This document shows positions 30,361 through 39,963 of a stretch of 64,000 nt of DNA, in pieces; position 1 is the stretch's first letter; each line of letters opens with the position of its first letter. The notes under the pieces were generated by a model, which saw nothing but the letters and a program-made list of their open reading frames with translations, searched no databases and was not told the origin of the DNA. Source of the DNA: an uncultured Methanomicrobiales archaeon. Lineage in GTDB: Archaea > Halobacteriota > Methanomicrobia > Methanomicrobiales > Methanospirillaceae. The stretch is from NCBI GenBank assembly GCA_963758915.1, contig CAVWXH010000009.1, positions 160,001-224,000 on the forward strand. Reading direction: 5' to 3'. The position numbers and the translations under genes are program-made.

Positions 30361-30535
30361 TTCACGGCAAAGGTGCCCGGTTCAAAATCACGCTGCCGAA
30401 AGGGATGTATCGCATTAAATCAAAATATGTCCAAATGTACGCAAAACGAACGTACGTGTTCGCTTTTTGCATACTTTTTCTCTACTAATTTTCAGCTCAG
30501 ATTTTCAAGATTTTTTAAAATAGCACACTGTTGAC
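30361..30535 (+). repeat. dapL-start/hairpin junction repeat, full copy
   Basis: 30390-30448 matches 33409-33467 at 57/59, followed by AACGTACGTGTTCGCTTTTTGCATACTTTTTC. Confidence 0.95.
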
Positions 30536-30586
30536 TGTGACAGCCGACTGGATTATTGTCTTTTTAGAATAAATCGGTCTACAAAA

Positions 30587-31333
30587 TCAGGAATTAAGGG
30601 CGGAATAGAGATCAATTATCCTATTAAGTGTTTTCCAGCCTTTATCAGTAATAATATAATCCCCTCGTTCATGTCGCTGAAGGATCATTCCTGTATCGGT
30701 AAGTTTCTTGATGTGGAATAACAGGTTTCCACCACGGAGTCCGGTCACCTGTGAAAGTTCTGAAAAGGTTCGGGTCTGCCCGGTAAGGGATTTCAATATC
30801 TGGAACCGCTGGACATTAGCTACAGGCTCAAGGATATTCCTGACCAGGTCGTCATCAGATATAACGGCACATATTGGATTTTCCTTATTTGAACGTTCAT
30901 AGATCCCAAGCGACTTGATGAGATCAACCTGTTTTTCAAAGAGCCTGCTGACTTCCTGGAAACAGGTATCACAGCGTTCAAAAGGGCCTTTTTTTCTCAT
31001 GCCCTTCAACTGTTCCCGAAACGATATAACGAGATCTTCGCTTACCCGTTCATCTTTGATATGTGTCGCAGAGGCCTGTAAAAACTCCATGAATACTGCA
31101 AAACAACTTTCCTGCATTTTACAATCAGGAACCATGTTTTTCGATAATTCGGTATGTGCTGTATCGACATGGTGGTTCACGAAAAGGTTTGCATAATTGT
31201 TTTTCAGATCGCTTACTACAGCCTGGATGTTCTGTGTGTTCGCATTTTCGATAAAGCGTTTTAATTCATTCCGAAGACCGTTGATTTCGGTTTTTATTTC
31301 ATTTAATTGAGATGCCGATGATGTACCTGCCAT
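30587..31333 (-). CDS. Winged-helix (ArsR-like) regulator with Cys-containing N-terminal domain
   Basis: C-terminal RFQILKSL..TFSELS..TGLRGGNLLFHIKKL..Y.IT.KG. Confidence 0.85.
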   Translation of the reverse strand: MAGTSSASQLNEIKTEINGLRNELKRFIENANTQNIQAVVSDLKNNYANLFVNHHVDTAHTELSKNMVPDCKMQESCFAVFMEFLQASATHIKDERVSEDLVISFREQLKGMRKKGPFERCDTCFQEVSRLFEKQVDLIKSLGIYERSNKENPICAVISDDDLVRNILEPVANVQRFQILKSLTGQTRTFSELSQVTGLRGGNLLFHIKKLTDTGMILQRHERGDYIITDKGWKTLNRIIDLYSALNS

Positions 31334-31472
31334 TCATGCCTCGTTACTCTCATGGTACGTGGTTCAACAATATTACTGTAAAGGTCATGCAACTGTAGTA
31401 ACTTTATTTAGTATATTTTTGTGACGCTCACGTATATATCACAAACCGATCCAGTATGTGTTGGTAAGAACC

Positions 31473-31718
31473 ATGACACAATCTGTAAAAGACCAGCTCC
31501 ATGCGCAAATCACAGGAGCACTCAAAGGCGCAAAATTTCCTATCAAGACCCCAGCAGACCTCATTGCAGCATTTCCAATGGGTGCAGACACAACCTGCCA
31601 GGTAGGGGCTGTGAAGATGACCGCCGGAGAAGCAGGAAAGTTATTGACCGCCAGCGACTTCCCCTTCAAGAGTGCGGATAGCGTTGCTGACACAATTCTT
31701 TCCCGTGCAGGAATGTAA
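31473..31718 (+). CDS. MTH865-family protein
   Basis: GAKFPIKTP.DL..AFP.G..TTC, DFPFKSA; ATG 31473. Confidence 0.85.
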   Translation: MTQSVKDQLHAQITGALKGAKFPIKTPADLIAAFPMGADTTCQVGAVKMTAGEAGKLLTASDFPFKSADSVADTILSRAGM

Positions 31719-31915
31719 TTTAGAGGATAATTATCCTCTCCTGCAATGGCAGGAATTATTTTTGATGAAAATTAAAGGATAGATTCATGCGAAGACGACA
31801 ACCTCTGTGGTGACACAGGGGAGCCTTGAACGATTTTTCATCTGCTAATTTATAAGAGATGCTCGATTCCTTTAGCTCTGATCCCACCGCTGCAACGACG
31901 CTCTTACAGGCCGTT

Positions 31916-32332
31916 TTACGTTGATTTTGTTAGGAACGGGGCGAACATCGGTGCGATCGTGGGCAGGTTGAAGTACTCTCGCCAGAGTGTGATGCGCCCA
32001 TGGTGCACTTCCATCACACCCGTGACGGGCAACTCAACCCAGCCATTTGGGAGGAGGTGCCGATCGAGTCGCTCCATAAATACGACGGGGCCTTGTGCCG
32101 CTTCGCGCAGCACAACAAACTCGTTTTCGAGCGTTGGCGCAAAAAATGGCTCCAGCAAGGCGCGAATACCCGCCGGCCCATAGACCTTGGCCTCGGGCAT
32201 GGGCAGGTTATCGTACTCACAATCATCGGAAACATACGAAAGTGCCGTGTCGTAGTCGAGCGTCGCCATTGCAGCAAAGAATGCCTTGACGACTTCAAGG
32301 GGAGACTGGGGATTCGTCGTAATAGATGTCAT
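31916..32332 (-). CDS. Limonene-1,2-epoxide hydrolase / NTF2-like protein
   Basis: YDNLP, VFMERLD, LPVTGVMEV..G.ITLWREYF. Confidence 0.85.
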   Translation of the reverse strand: MTSITTNPQSPLEVVKAFFAAMATLDYDTALSYVSDDCEYDNLPMPEAKVYGPAGIRALLEPFFAPTLENEFVVLREAAQGPVVFMERLDRHLLPNGWVELPVTGVMEVHHGRITLWREYFNLPTIAPMFAPFLTKST

Positions 32333-32395
32333 AATCAGTATTCTCTCGGTATAGTGATTTAAACAATTCACACCAAATAAACTCAGGGAAGTTTA

Positions 32396-33229
32396 ATGTC
32401 TGACATCGATTTGCTCCAGAAGATCGGTCTTTCTAAATACCAGGCATTAATTTATGCCTGCCTGCTCCGGAAAGGCCCACTTGATGCGAGAATTCTGTCA
32501 GGAGAATCTCATGTTCCTATGGGAAAAATCTATGAAACGCTCTCCCAACTTCTCATAAATGAAATAATTATCGAGCATTCCGGAAGGCCAAAAAAATACG
32601 AAGCCATCATTCCGGAAATTGCGTTTCAAAGAATCTATATGAAATATTATATCGAACACGAAAAACAGCGGGAGGATTTAAAAAATACCATAACTCAACT
32701 CGAACAGGGTTTAGAGAGAAAAACTCAAACATCACCCAATCTTCAGGATTTACAAATTATGTACAGCAATGAAGATATCCTGAATTATTTCATACGGATA
32801 CACAATGAAGCGAAAAAAGAAGTGATATATGTTACTCAGATTCGTTATGGTTCTTTTAATTCAGAACCTGATGAAAGAACATTACATTCATTAATGAACA
32901 ACCTGGTCAGTCTTTTGAAAAGGGGAATTTCTGTAAAAATAATTTACCCCAATTCCCCTTATTTAAATTTCTTTTCTCAAATCGCCTCCTGCATCCAGGA
33001 TGATGATACCCGGCAACTGTACCATGATCTGGTTGAAATCCGGGTTTGCAACACTGAACATAACTTCATACTCGTGGACAAAACAACGTGCATTTTTGAA
33101 CCTGAGGATCAAAGAGATCTCGCCCGGCCTTATGCAATGATCAGGATTCGTGATGCTATCCTGAATTCCCAGCTGAGAGGGGTTTTTCAAGAATTATGGG
33201 AAAATGCCATTCCTATCGGGAATGAATAA
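32396..33229 (+). CDS. TrmB-family transcriptional regulator
   Basis: IGLSKYQALIY..LL, VPMGKIYETL, RPKKY.A..PE. Confidence 0.88.
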   Translation: MSDIDLLQKIGLSKYQALIYACLLRKGPLDARILSGESHVPMGKIYETLSQLLINEIIIEHSGRPKKYEAIIPEIAFQRIYMKYYIEHEKQREDLKNTITQLEQGLERKTQTSPNLQDLQIMYSNEDILNYFIRIHNEAKKEVIYVTQIRYGSFNSEPDERTLHSLMNNLVSLLKRGISVKIIYPNSPYLNFFSQIASCIQDDDTRQLYHDLVEIRVCNTEHNFILVDKTTCIFEPEDQRDLARPYAMIRIRDAILNSQLRGVFQELWENAIPIGNE

Positions 33230-33379
33230 GGTCATGAAACTGTTTTTACATCATTTAATCTCATTTATCTGCTGAATTGATGGATCGTGAAGGAAGGTTA
33301 CTCTCTTTAAGGGAACAGGGAAGCGAACGGTCGACCAGCGGGGTTCAGATAAGATGTCTGCCAAAAGACGGGCACTTTA

Positions 33380-33467
33380 TACACCGCAAAGTTACTCGGT
33401 TCAAGATCACGCTGCCGAAAGGGATGTATCGCATTAAATCAAAATATGTCCCGATGTACGCAAAACG
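33380..33467 (+). promoter_or_regulatory. dapL upstream region and first codons (source copy of the junction repeat)
   Basis: ATTAAAT TATA-like box about 20 nt before ATG 33454; duplicated at 29.1 and 30.4 kb. Confidence 0.65.
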
Positions 33468-34602
33468 TATGGGCCAGCTTCCCCCTTACCTTTTTGCCCG
33501 GATCGATGAGATGAAGGCCGAGAAAATAAGGAGCGGCGTTGATGTCATTGACCTCGGGGTAGGTGACCCTGATCTTCCAACACCACAACATATCGTGGAA
33601 TCTCTCTGCGAGGCTGCACAACACGTGGAAAACCACCATTACCCGAGTTACGCCGGAATGCCACAGTACCGGAGTGCTGTTGCAGACTGGTATAAAACAC
33701 GGTTCGGTGTATCGCTGGACCCGGGCAAAGAAGTACTTGCCCTGATGGGATCAAAAGACGGAATTACACACATTGGCGAGGCCTTCGTCAATCCCGGGGA
33801 CTACGTGCTTGCCCCAAGCCCGGGTTACCCGGGGTACTATACAGGAACACTGTTTTCTGAGGGAAGGGTACATGAGATGCCATTACTCAGGGAGAATAAT
33901 TTTATTCCTGTCCTTTCGGATATCCCGAAGGACGTCCTTAAAACGGCAAAGCTGATGTTCATTAATTACCCGAACAATCCCACTGCAGCGGTGGCTTCAA
34001 CAGATTTCTACCGCGAGGTGGTGGATTTTGCCGGCGAGAACAATATCATTGTTGTTTCTGATAACCCCTACTCGGAAATTGCCTATGACGGGTACCGTGC
34101 ACCATCTTTCCTTGAGGTGAAAGGAGCGATGGATGTCGGGGTCGAGATGCACTCACTCTCAAAGACTTATAACATGACAGGGTGGAGGATCGGTATGGCG
34201 GTAGGTAACGCCGATATCCTTTCGGGGCTTGGCCGTGTCAAGACCAACGTGGATTCCGGCGTGTTCAACGCGGTGCAGCACGCCGCAATCACGGCCCTGT
34301 CAGGCCCGCAGGACTGTGTCAGGGAGGCCTGCGCAGTCTACCAGGAGCGGCGTGACATCCTTGTAAAAGGACTGAACGAAATGGGATATAACGTCCCCGC
34401 CCCAAAAGCTACCTTCTACGTATGGATGCAGGTCGATGACTGCATGAAATTTTCCGCCATGATGCTTGATAAGGCAGGTATTGTCGTCACACCCGGTGTA
34501 GGGTTCGGGCGCTCGGGTGAGGGGTATGTACGGTTTGCACTTACCCGGCCGAAGGAACGCATTATAGAAGCACTTGGCAGGATGAGGGGGCTTTCGGCGT
34601 GA
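33454..34602 (+). CDS. dapL: LL-diaminopimelate aminotransferase
   Basis: LPPYLFA.ID, NYPNNPT, HSLSKTYNMTGWRIG, KTNVDSG; overlaps lysA. Confidence 0.9.
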   Translation: MYAKRMGQLPPYLFARIDEMKAEKIRSGVDVIDLGVGDPDLPTPQHIVESLCEAAQHVENHHYPSYAGMPQYRSAVADWYKTRFGVSLDPGKEVLALMGSKDGITHIGEAFVNPGDYVLAPSPGYPGYYTGTLFSEGRVHEMPLLRENNFIPVLSDIPKDVLKTAKLMFINYPNNPTAAVASTDFYREVVDFAGENNIIVVSDNPYSEIAYDGYRAPSFLEVKGAMDVGVEMHSLSKTYNMTGWRIGMAVGNADILSGLGRVKTNVDSGVFNAVQHAAITALSGPQDCVREACAVYQERRDILVKGLNEMGYNVPAPKATFYVWMQVDDCMKFSAMMLDKAGIVVTPGVGFGRSGEGYVRFALTRPKERIIEALGRMRGLSA

Positions 34603-35891
34603 AACTCCCTCCACACCTATCAGTGCAGGGCGGGCATCTCACCATAGGCCAGCATGACCTGGTGACCCTTGCACAGGAGTATGGGACCCCGCTCTATGTC
34701 ACCGATGAACAACGTATCTGCGACAATTACACGCGGTACCAGAAAGCCCTGGCAACCCTGTACCCGAAATCGAAGGTGCTCTATGCCGCGAAGGCCAACG
34801 GGAACATTTCGCTCCTCCGCGCCCTGGGGAAACTTGGTGCCGGCGCCGATGTTTTCTCTCCCGGGGAACTCGAGCTTGCATTATCAGCAGGAATGAAACC
34901 GGCAGACCTTCTCTTTAACGGGAGTTCAAAGAGCCCTGCGGATCTAGCCCTTGCTGTAACGCATGGTATTACCGTCTCGGTTGACTCGCTTGACGAACTC
35001 CACCAGCTCGATGCTGCTGCCAAAGCAGGCGGGAAAAAAGCGCGGATCTCGTTCCGTGTCAACCCTGCACTCCACATTCCAACCCACCCGAAAATCGCGA
35101 CCGGGGTTGCATCAAGCAAGTTCGGTATTGCCCACGACAAGATCCTGTCCGCTTACAGGGAGGCACTCGCATGCAGCAATGTAGTCCCGGTCGGGGTCCA
35201 CTGCCACATAGGTTCCCAGATCCTCGAGATCGAACCCTTTGTGAAGGCTGCAGAAGTGATGGTAAAGGTCGCAAAAGACCTGACCGCGATAGGTGTAACT
35301 CTTGAATTTATCGACCTTGGCGGTGGTCTCGGCATCCCCTACCACCACGACACCGATCCCGCACCAACCCCTGAGGACTACGCCCGTGCAGTCGTGCCGG
35401 TGTTTGTCGAGGGAATCACCGCGGCAGGTATCAGCCCTGCGCTCTGGGTGGAGCCGGGGAGGTACCTCGTCGCCGATTCTTCGGTACTCCTCACCCGTGT
35501 GAATTCAGTCAAGTTCGCCCACAAAAATTTTGTCAACGTGGACGCAGGATTCAACCTCCTCATCCGTCCGACAATGTACGACTCATACCACGAGGTCATC
35601 GTCGCCAACAAGGCAGCATCTCCGGCAACAGAGACCTATTCGATAGCGGGTCCGATCTGTGAGACAGGGGATATTCTCGCGGCTGACCGGTTACTACCGG
35701 TTGTAGAAGCAGGGGACATAATCGCCGTCCTTGATGCCGGAGCGTACGGGTTTGCAATGGCATCGCAGTACAACTGCCGGCCGAGATGTGCCGAAGTCCT
35801 CGTAAAAGGAAAAGATAAGGCGCTTATGCGGAACAGGGAGACCACGGAGGACATCACCTCAACAATGGTCACACCACCGTGGCAGCAGTAA
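34599..35891 (+). CDS. lysA: Diaminopimelate decarboxylase
   Basis: YAAKAN, HCHIGSQI, GGGLG, EPGRY, GPICETGD, GAYG. Confidence 0.96.
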   Translation: MKLPPHLSVQGGHLTIGQHDLVTLAQEYGTPLYVTDEQRICDNYTRYQKALATLYPKSKVLYAAKANGNISLLRALGKLGAGADVFSPGELELALSAGMKPADLLFNGSSKSPADLALAVTHGITVSVDSLDELHQLDAAAKAGGKKARISFRVNPALHIPTHPKIATGVASSKFGIAHDKILSAYREALACSNVVPVGVHCHIGSQILEIEPFVKAAEVMVKVAKDLTAIGVTLEFIDLGGGLGIPYHHDTDPAPTPEDYARAVVPVFVEGITAAGISPALWVEPGRYLVADSSVLLTRVNSVKFAHKNFVNVDAGFNLLIRPTMYDSYHEVIVANKAASPATETYSIAGPICETGDILAADRLLPVVEAGDIIAVLDAGAYGFAMASQYNCRPRCAEVLVKGKDKALMRNRETTEDITSTMVTPPWQQ

Positions 35892-35907
35892 AAGAGGGAT
35901 CACCCCG

Positions 35908-37239
35908 GTGCAGTTCCACTACGCGCTTGTTGATGACCTGCTCAGCAGGGATGAGTTCGAACGACGTGTAGAAGAGAAAATACGGGATTGCGGGGACCTT
36001 GTCGATGAACTGACCGGTGCAATGCTTGTCGTCGCCGATCTTGGCCGCCAGCATGTAAAGATACATGGCCTGGTGGCAAAATCAAGTCTTTTTTCTTTTT
36101 TCGCAAAAGTAATCGAGAAGGGCGAACCAAAGGAGTTCGACCGCACCGACGGGGAGAAAGGCCTCGTTGCCTCGATCCTTGTCGGGGACGAGACCGGGGA
36201 GACCAGGCTGGTCCTCTGGGACGAGAAAGCCATGGCAGCCCAGGAGATCGAGAAAGGCGACGTGCTTGAGGTCATCGGAAAACCGGGAAAGCGACCGGGT
36301 GACATCATGGCACTGGCCATCAGGAAGGCCACCTGCGAGATCGAATGCAGGAATAACATATCACCACTCAGCACGGCCCCGGCAGAGCGCTTAACGATAG
36401 AGGCCCGGTTGCTTTCGCTGGAGGAGCCCAGGCTTTTCACCCGCCGTGACGGCAGAGGGGGAGAGATGAGGGGGGCAGTCATTGGAGACAGGAACGGAAC
36501 CGCGCGGCTAATCTGCTGGATGCCGGAAATCCTCGATGAGCTGGTACCAGGGACAACACTGCGTATTACCGGTGCGATTGATCGCTCACGCCCTCCTGTG
36601 AGGGAATATAGTGTAGATGAAAAAAGCACGATAGAGCAGATAGAAATGGAGATGGAGGTGCCGATGGACTCCATTGCCGCAGTGGGCGACGATGGTGTTT
36701 ATTCTGTCAGGGGGACCATTTCACGGGTCCTTCCTGCAAGGTCTTTCATCGCGAAGGATGGCTCCCGGTCCCATGTCAGAAATATCATGGTCAGTGATGG
36801 CACAGGTGAAATCAGGGTAGTATTCTGGGGGGAAATGGCAGTGCCGCATTATTTTCAGGGAGATCCCATCACGATTTATAATGCCACGGCACGGGTCGGA
36901 AGAACCGGTGAGCGCGAATTAAGCATCGGGCGGGGGAGCACTATCTCGGTTGAAACCCAGGTATTCGGGCAGCCAATAGAGTTTCAGGGGACCGTCCTGG
37001 CCGACAGGAGAGGTACAGTGATCGATGACGGGACTACCTCTTACCTTATCAAAGGTGAACACCCCCACGGTCGCGAAGTCCGTGTCACCGGTACACTTAC
37101 CGGTCATACTATTACCCCGGAAACCATCGAAGCAGCAGAACTTTCTCCTGAAAAGGTACTCCTGCGGTGCCGCCACCTGAAAGAGCAGATTGACCCGGTA
37201 CGACCAGGCCTGAAGGACCATGCCGGCCACACCCACTGA
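35908..37239 (+). CDS. rpa: Replication protein A (multi-OB-fold ssDNA-binding protein)
   Basis: Repeated GD.TG..R...W OB folds; directly upstream of radA. Confidence 0.85.
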   Translation: MQFHYALVDDLLSRDEFERRVEEKIRDCGDLVDELTGAMLVVADLGRQHVKIHGLVAKSSLFSFFAKVIEKGEPKEFDRTDGEKGLVASILVGDETGETRLVLWDEKAMAAQEIEKGDVLEVIGKPGKRPGDIMALAIRKATCEIECRNNISPLSTAPAERLTIEARLLSLEEPRLFTRRDGRGGEMRGAVIGDRNGTARLICWMPEILDELVPGTTLRITGAIDRSRPPVREYSVDEKSTIEQIEMEMEVPMDSIAAVGDDGVYSVRGTISRVLPARSFIAKDGSRSHVRNIMVSDGTGEIRVVFWGEMAVPHYFQGDPITIYNATARVGRTGERELSIGRGSTISVETQVFGQPIEFQGTVLADRRGTVIDDGTTSYLIKGEHPHGREVRVTGTLTGHTITPETIEAAELSPEKVLLRCRHLKEQIDPVRPGLKDHAGHTH

Positions 37240-37382
37240 TATGCTGCCACGGTACACCGGGGAAACAGTACACGGCAGGAGAATTTCCATCTGACCGGTC
37301 CTCTTCACTTTCACCCTGCGCACATGCCGGATGCATATATGCGAGGGTATATGATGTTCTTTTAGTAAGAGGTAGATAAGAA

Positions 37383-38360
37383 ATGACCACCACAGGTCCA
37401 CTGGAACTTGATGACTTACCCGGCGTTGGACCAACCACCGCCGAAAAACTCCGGGAAGCCGGATTTGTCACCGTTGAAAGCATCGCAACAGCTTCCCCGC
37501 TCGATCTCGCGGAAACCGCGGAGATCGGAGAGTCCGTAGCAAAGAAGATGATTAAGGCCGCCCGCGAACTGGTCAACATTGGCGGTTTTAAAACAGGAAA
37601 GGATGTTTTTGAGCAGCGGAAAGAGATCAGGAAACTGCGTACACGCGTACCCGATCTCGACACCCTCCTTGGCGGGGGACTCGAAACACAGGCAATCACC
37701 GAGATGTATGGTGAATTCGGGTCAGGTAAAAGCCAGATCGTTCACCAGCTCGCGGTCAACGTCCAGCTCCCTGAGTCGGAAGGGGGACTGAACGGAAGCG
37801 CGATCTATATCGATACCGAAAACACGTTCAGGCCGGAACGTATCGAACAGATGGTGAACGGTCTCGAAATTGATAATGCCGATCCGCAGGAGTTCTTAAA
37901 AAATATCCATGTCGCGCGTGCCCACACCTCGGATCACCAGATGCTGCTCATTGATACAGCACGCGAACGTGCTGCCGAGATGAAGGAGTCCGATATGCCG
38001 GTCAGGTTGTTTATCATCGATTCCCTGACCGCCCATTTCCGTGCAGAATATGCTGGCAGGGGGACCCTCGCAACGCGGCAGCAGAAGCTGAACCGTCATA
38101 TGCATGAACTGTTCAAGCTCGTGGACGAGAACAATGCCGTAGCACTTGTGACGAACCAGGTGATGTCGAACCCGGCTGTATTCTTCGGCGACCCGACAAA
38201 GCCGATCGGTGGAAACATCGTTGGCCATACCGCCACGTTCAGGTTATATCTCCGGAAGAGCAAGGGGGGTAAAAGAATTGCCCGCCTCGTGGACAGCCCG
38301 AACCTGCCCGAGGGTGAAGCACCGTTCATGGTTGAAGAGGCAGGTCTCAAGCCGTGCTGA
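37383..38360 (+). CDS. radA: DNA repair and recombination protein RadA
   Basis: LPGVGP Hh[33 protein letters not shown]. Confidence 0.97.
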   Translation: MTTTGPLELDDLPGVGPTTAEKLREAGFVTVESIATASPLDLAETAEIGESVAKKMIKAARELVNIGGFKTGKDVFEQRKEIRKLRTRVPDLDTLLGGGLETQAITEMYGEFGSGKSQIVHQLAVNVQLPESEGGLNGSAIYIDTENTFRPERIEQMVNGLEIDNADPQEFLKNIHVARAHTSDHQMLLIDTARERAAEMKESDMPVRLFIIDSLTAHFRAEYAGRGTLATRQQKLNRHMHELFKLVDENNAVALVTNQVMSNPAVFFGDPTKPIGGNIVGHTATFRLYLRKSKGGKRIARLVDSPNLPEGEAPFMVEEAGLKPC

Positions 38361-39052
38361 GGGCAATCCTGACAGACGTGGACGGCACCATAACCGATCA
38401 GGGCCGTTACTTACACACCGGGGCTATAGAGGTGATCCGGGATCTCGTTTCACGTGGCGTAGAGGTCGTGCTTGCCAGCGGCAATACAGCGTGCTTCATG
38501 GACGCGCTGTGCCGCATGATAGGCACATCCGGGACCTTTATAGGAGAAAATGGGGGTGTATACCGTGTCGGGTTCCCTGGTGAACTCCATGTCCACGGTG
38601 ATCAGCCAGTCTGTCTCGAGGCATTCGGGGTAATACAGAAGCATTATCATGATTCGGGGGCACCCCTCCAGTTACTAAGCCCCCAGTACCGGTATGCTGA
38701 TGTCGCCTTCTCACGGACGGTCCCTCCTGAAGAGGTGGAAAAACTGCTCGCGGACTATAACGTGCGGGTAATTGATACCGGGTTTGCTATCCATCTCCAG
38801 GTAAAAGGGGTCAACAAGGCTACCGCATTTATGGACCTTTCAAATGACCTAGGGATACCTGCCGGGGAATTTCTCGCTATAGGGGACGCAATAAACGATG
38901 TTGAGATGCTCAAAGCCGCAGGAATAGGGGTCACCGTTGCAAACGGACATCCGGAGGCAAAGGCGGTTGCAGGATACATTGCAAAAAAGAGGTATGGAGA
39001 TGGTTTTATCGAGGCAATGCAGCACTATTCATCTCATTTTCTTGAGAGATAA
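38354..39052 (+). CDS. Phosphoglycolate phosphatase (archaeal HAD, Cof-like)
   Basis: [26 protein letters not shown]. Confidence 0.88.
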   Translation: MLRAILTDVDGTITDQGRYLHTGAIEVIRDLVSRGVEVVLASGNTACFMDALCRMIGTSGTFIGENGGVYRVGFPGELHVHGDQPVCLEAFGVIQKHYHDSGAPLQLLSPQYRYADVAFSRTVPPEEVEKLLADYNVRVIDTGFAIHLQVKGVNKATAFMDLSNDLGIPAGEFLAIGDAINDVEMLKAAGIGVTVANGHPEAKAVAGYIAKKRYGDGFIEAMQHYSSHFLER

Positions 39053-39285
39053 CGGTCAACGACAATATAGTCCTTGATGTCTTTCACTGCTTCAAAATTT
39101 ATATAGAGTTTATCGCCCTCAAGACGGTACCCTGATGTATCAAAGGACGAATCCGGGTGGATGATAAGATCGATTACCTGTCCTGTCTCATCGTCGACAA
39201 TAATATTTTTGAGGGTCCCGATCACCTTTCCGTCATTGGTCATAATTTTCTTCTTTGAAAGCTGGCGGGCCAGTATATGCGTCAT
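39034..39285 (-). CDS. PRC-barrel domain protein
   Basis: K.IMTNDG..IG.L.NI..D..TG, V.DI.DYIVV. Confidence 0.85.
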   Translation of the reverse strand: MTHILARQLSKKKIMTNDGKVIGTLKNIIVDDETGQVIDLIIHPDSSFDTSGYRLEGDKLYINFEAVKDIKDYIVVDRYLSRK

Positions 39286-39372
39286 AGAAAAAAATGATGA
39301 TATATTAATATTTAAAGATGTTTAAAAACCTCGAGAGATTGTTGAGAGAATCGGTAAAACGGTAAATTTTGT

Positions 39373-39582
39373 CTAGCTGAGGATCTCAGCGGCCATCCTG
39401 ATATCATGCGCTGTAATCGTCTTCCGACTGGCATGCGATGCGAGTTTCAACGCTTCCTTCGCAATTTTCTGGCCATATTGTTCCATCAGGTCTGCAAGCG
39501 CCTCTCCTGCTTCGTTACCGACACGGTCAGCGCCGGCTTTCCGGATAATCCGTATTACCGGGGCAATCGGGATTTCTGTCAT
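39373..39582 (-). CDS. Archaeal histone (HMf family)
   Basis: IPIAPV.RII.KAGA.RV, A.HA.RKTI...DI. Confidence 0.93.
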   Translation of the reverse strand: MTEIPIAPVIRIIRKAGADRVGNEAGEALADLMEQYGQKIAKEALKLASHASRKTITAHDIRMAAEILS

Positions 39583-39963
39583 GGTATCCTGGTACTCCTT
39601 TTTCTCTTCCCGCCTAATGGTAGCAACCGGCTGGGAATCCCCGGGGGGACACCCGTGCTGGCAAAACCGAATCGTTCCTTCTCAGAAGGATTCACTCCAT
39701 GAACCAGGGAGTAAATGACCGGGTATTTATCAGGAAGGTGTAAAATTTGTTTAGGGTAGAGCCATAAATAGATTAGCCAATAGTTTGAGCATCTGAATGT
39801 TATCACCTGCATATTTTCAAAATAACTGTACAGTTCCTGTGTCCCGGGTGGAACAATACCACGTCATATAAGCTCTCCTGAACGAAACGGTCAGGATTTT
39901 ATTTCAGGGACCAGGTGAAAAGGTGCCCTTTAGCAGAAACCGGTTCAACGAACAGTTCTTACC

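Noticed and set aside
29003-30534. ORFs 29003..29233 and 30286..30534 sharing CRKGCIALNQNMS..TQNER.CSLFAYFF as a peptide family
   Set aside because: The similarity is only the translated DNA repeat, read out of frame relative to dapL, with unrelated N-termini.
33380-33453. Lysine riboswitch upstream of dapL-lysA (contains TGCCGAAA)
   Set aside because: Only a short word matches. The other L-box elements and the length are absent, and the ATG follows a TATA-like box too closely for a long leader.
33277-33453. 59-aa N-terminal extension of DapL in the ORF track
   Set aside because: Family similarity starts at MYAKR (33454), and the extension spans promoter and repeat DNA.
27452-33467. CRISPR array interpretation of the direct repeats
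   Set aside because: The intervening segments are 1.3-3 kb and gene-bearing, the repeats are too long, and there are no cas genes.
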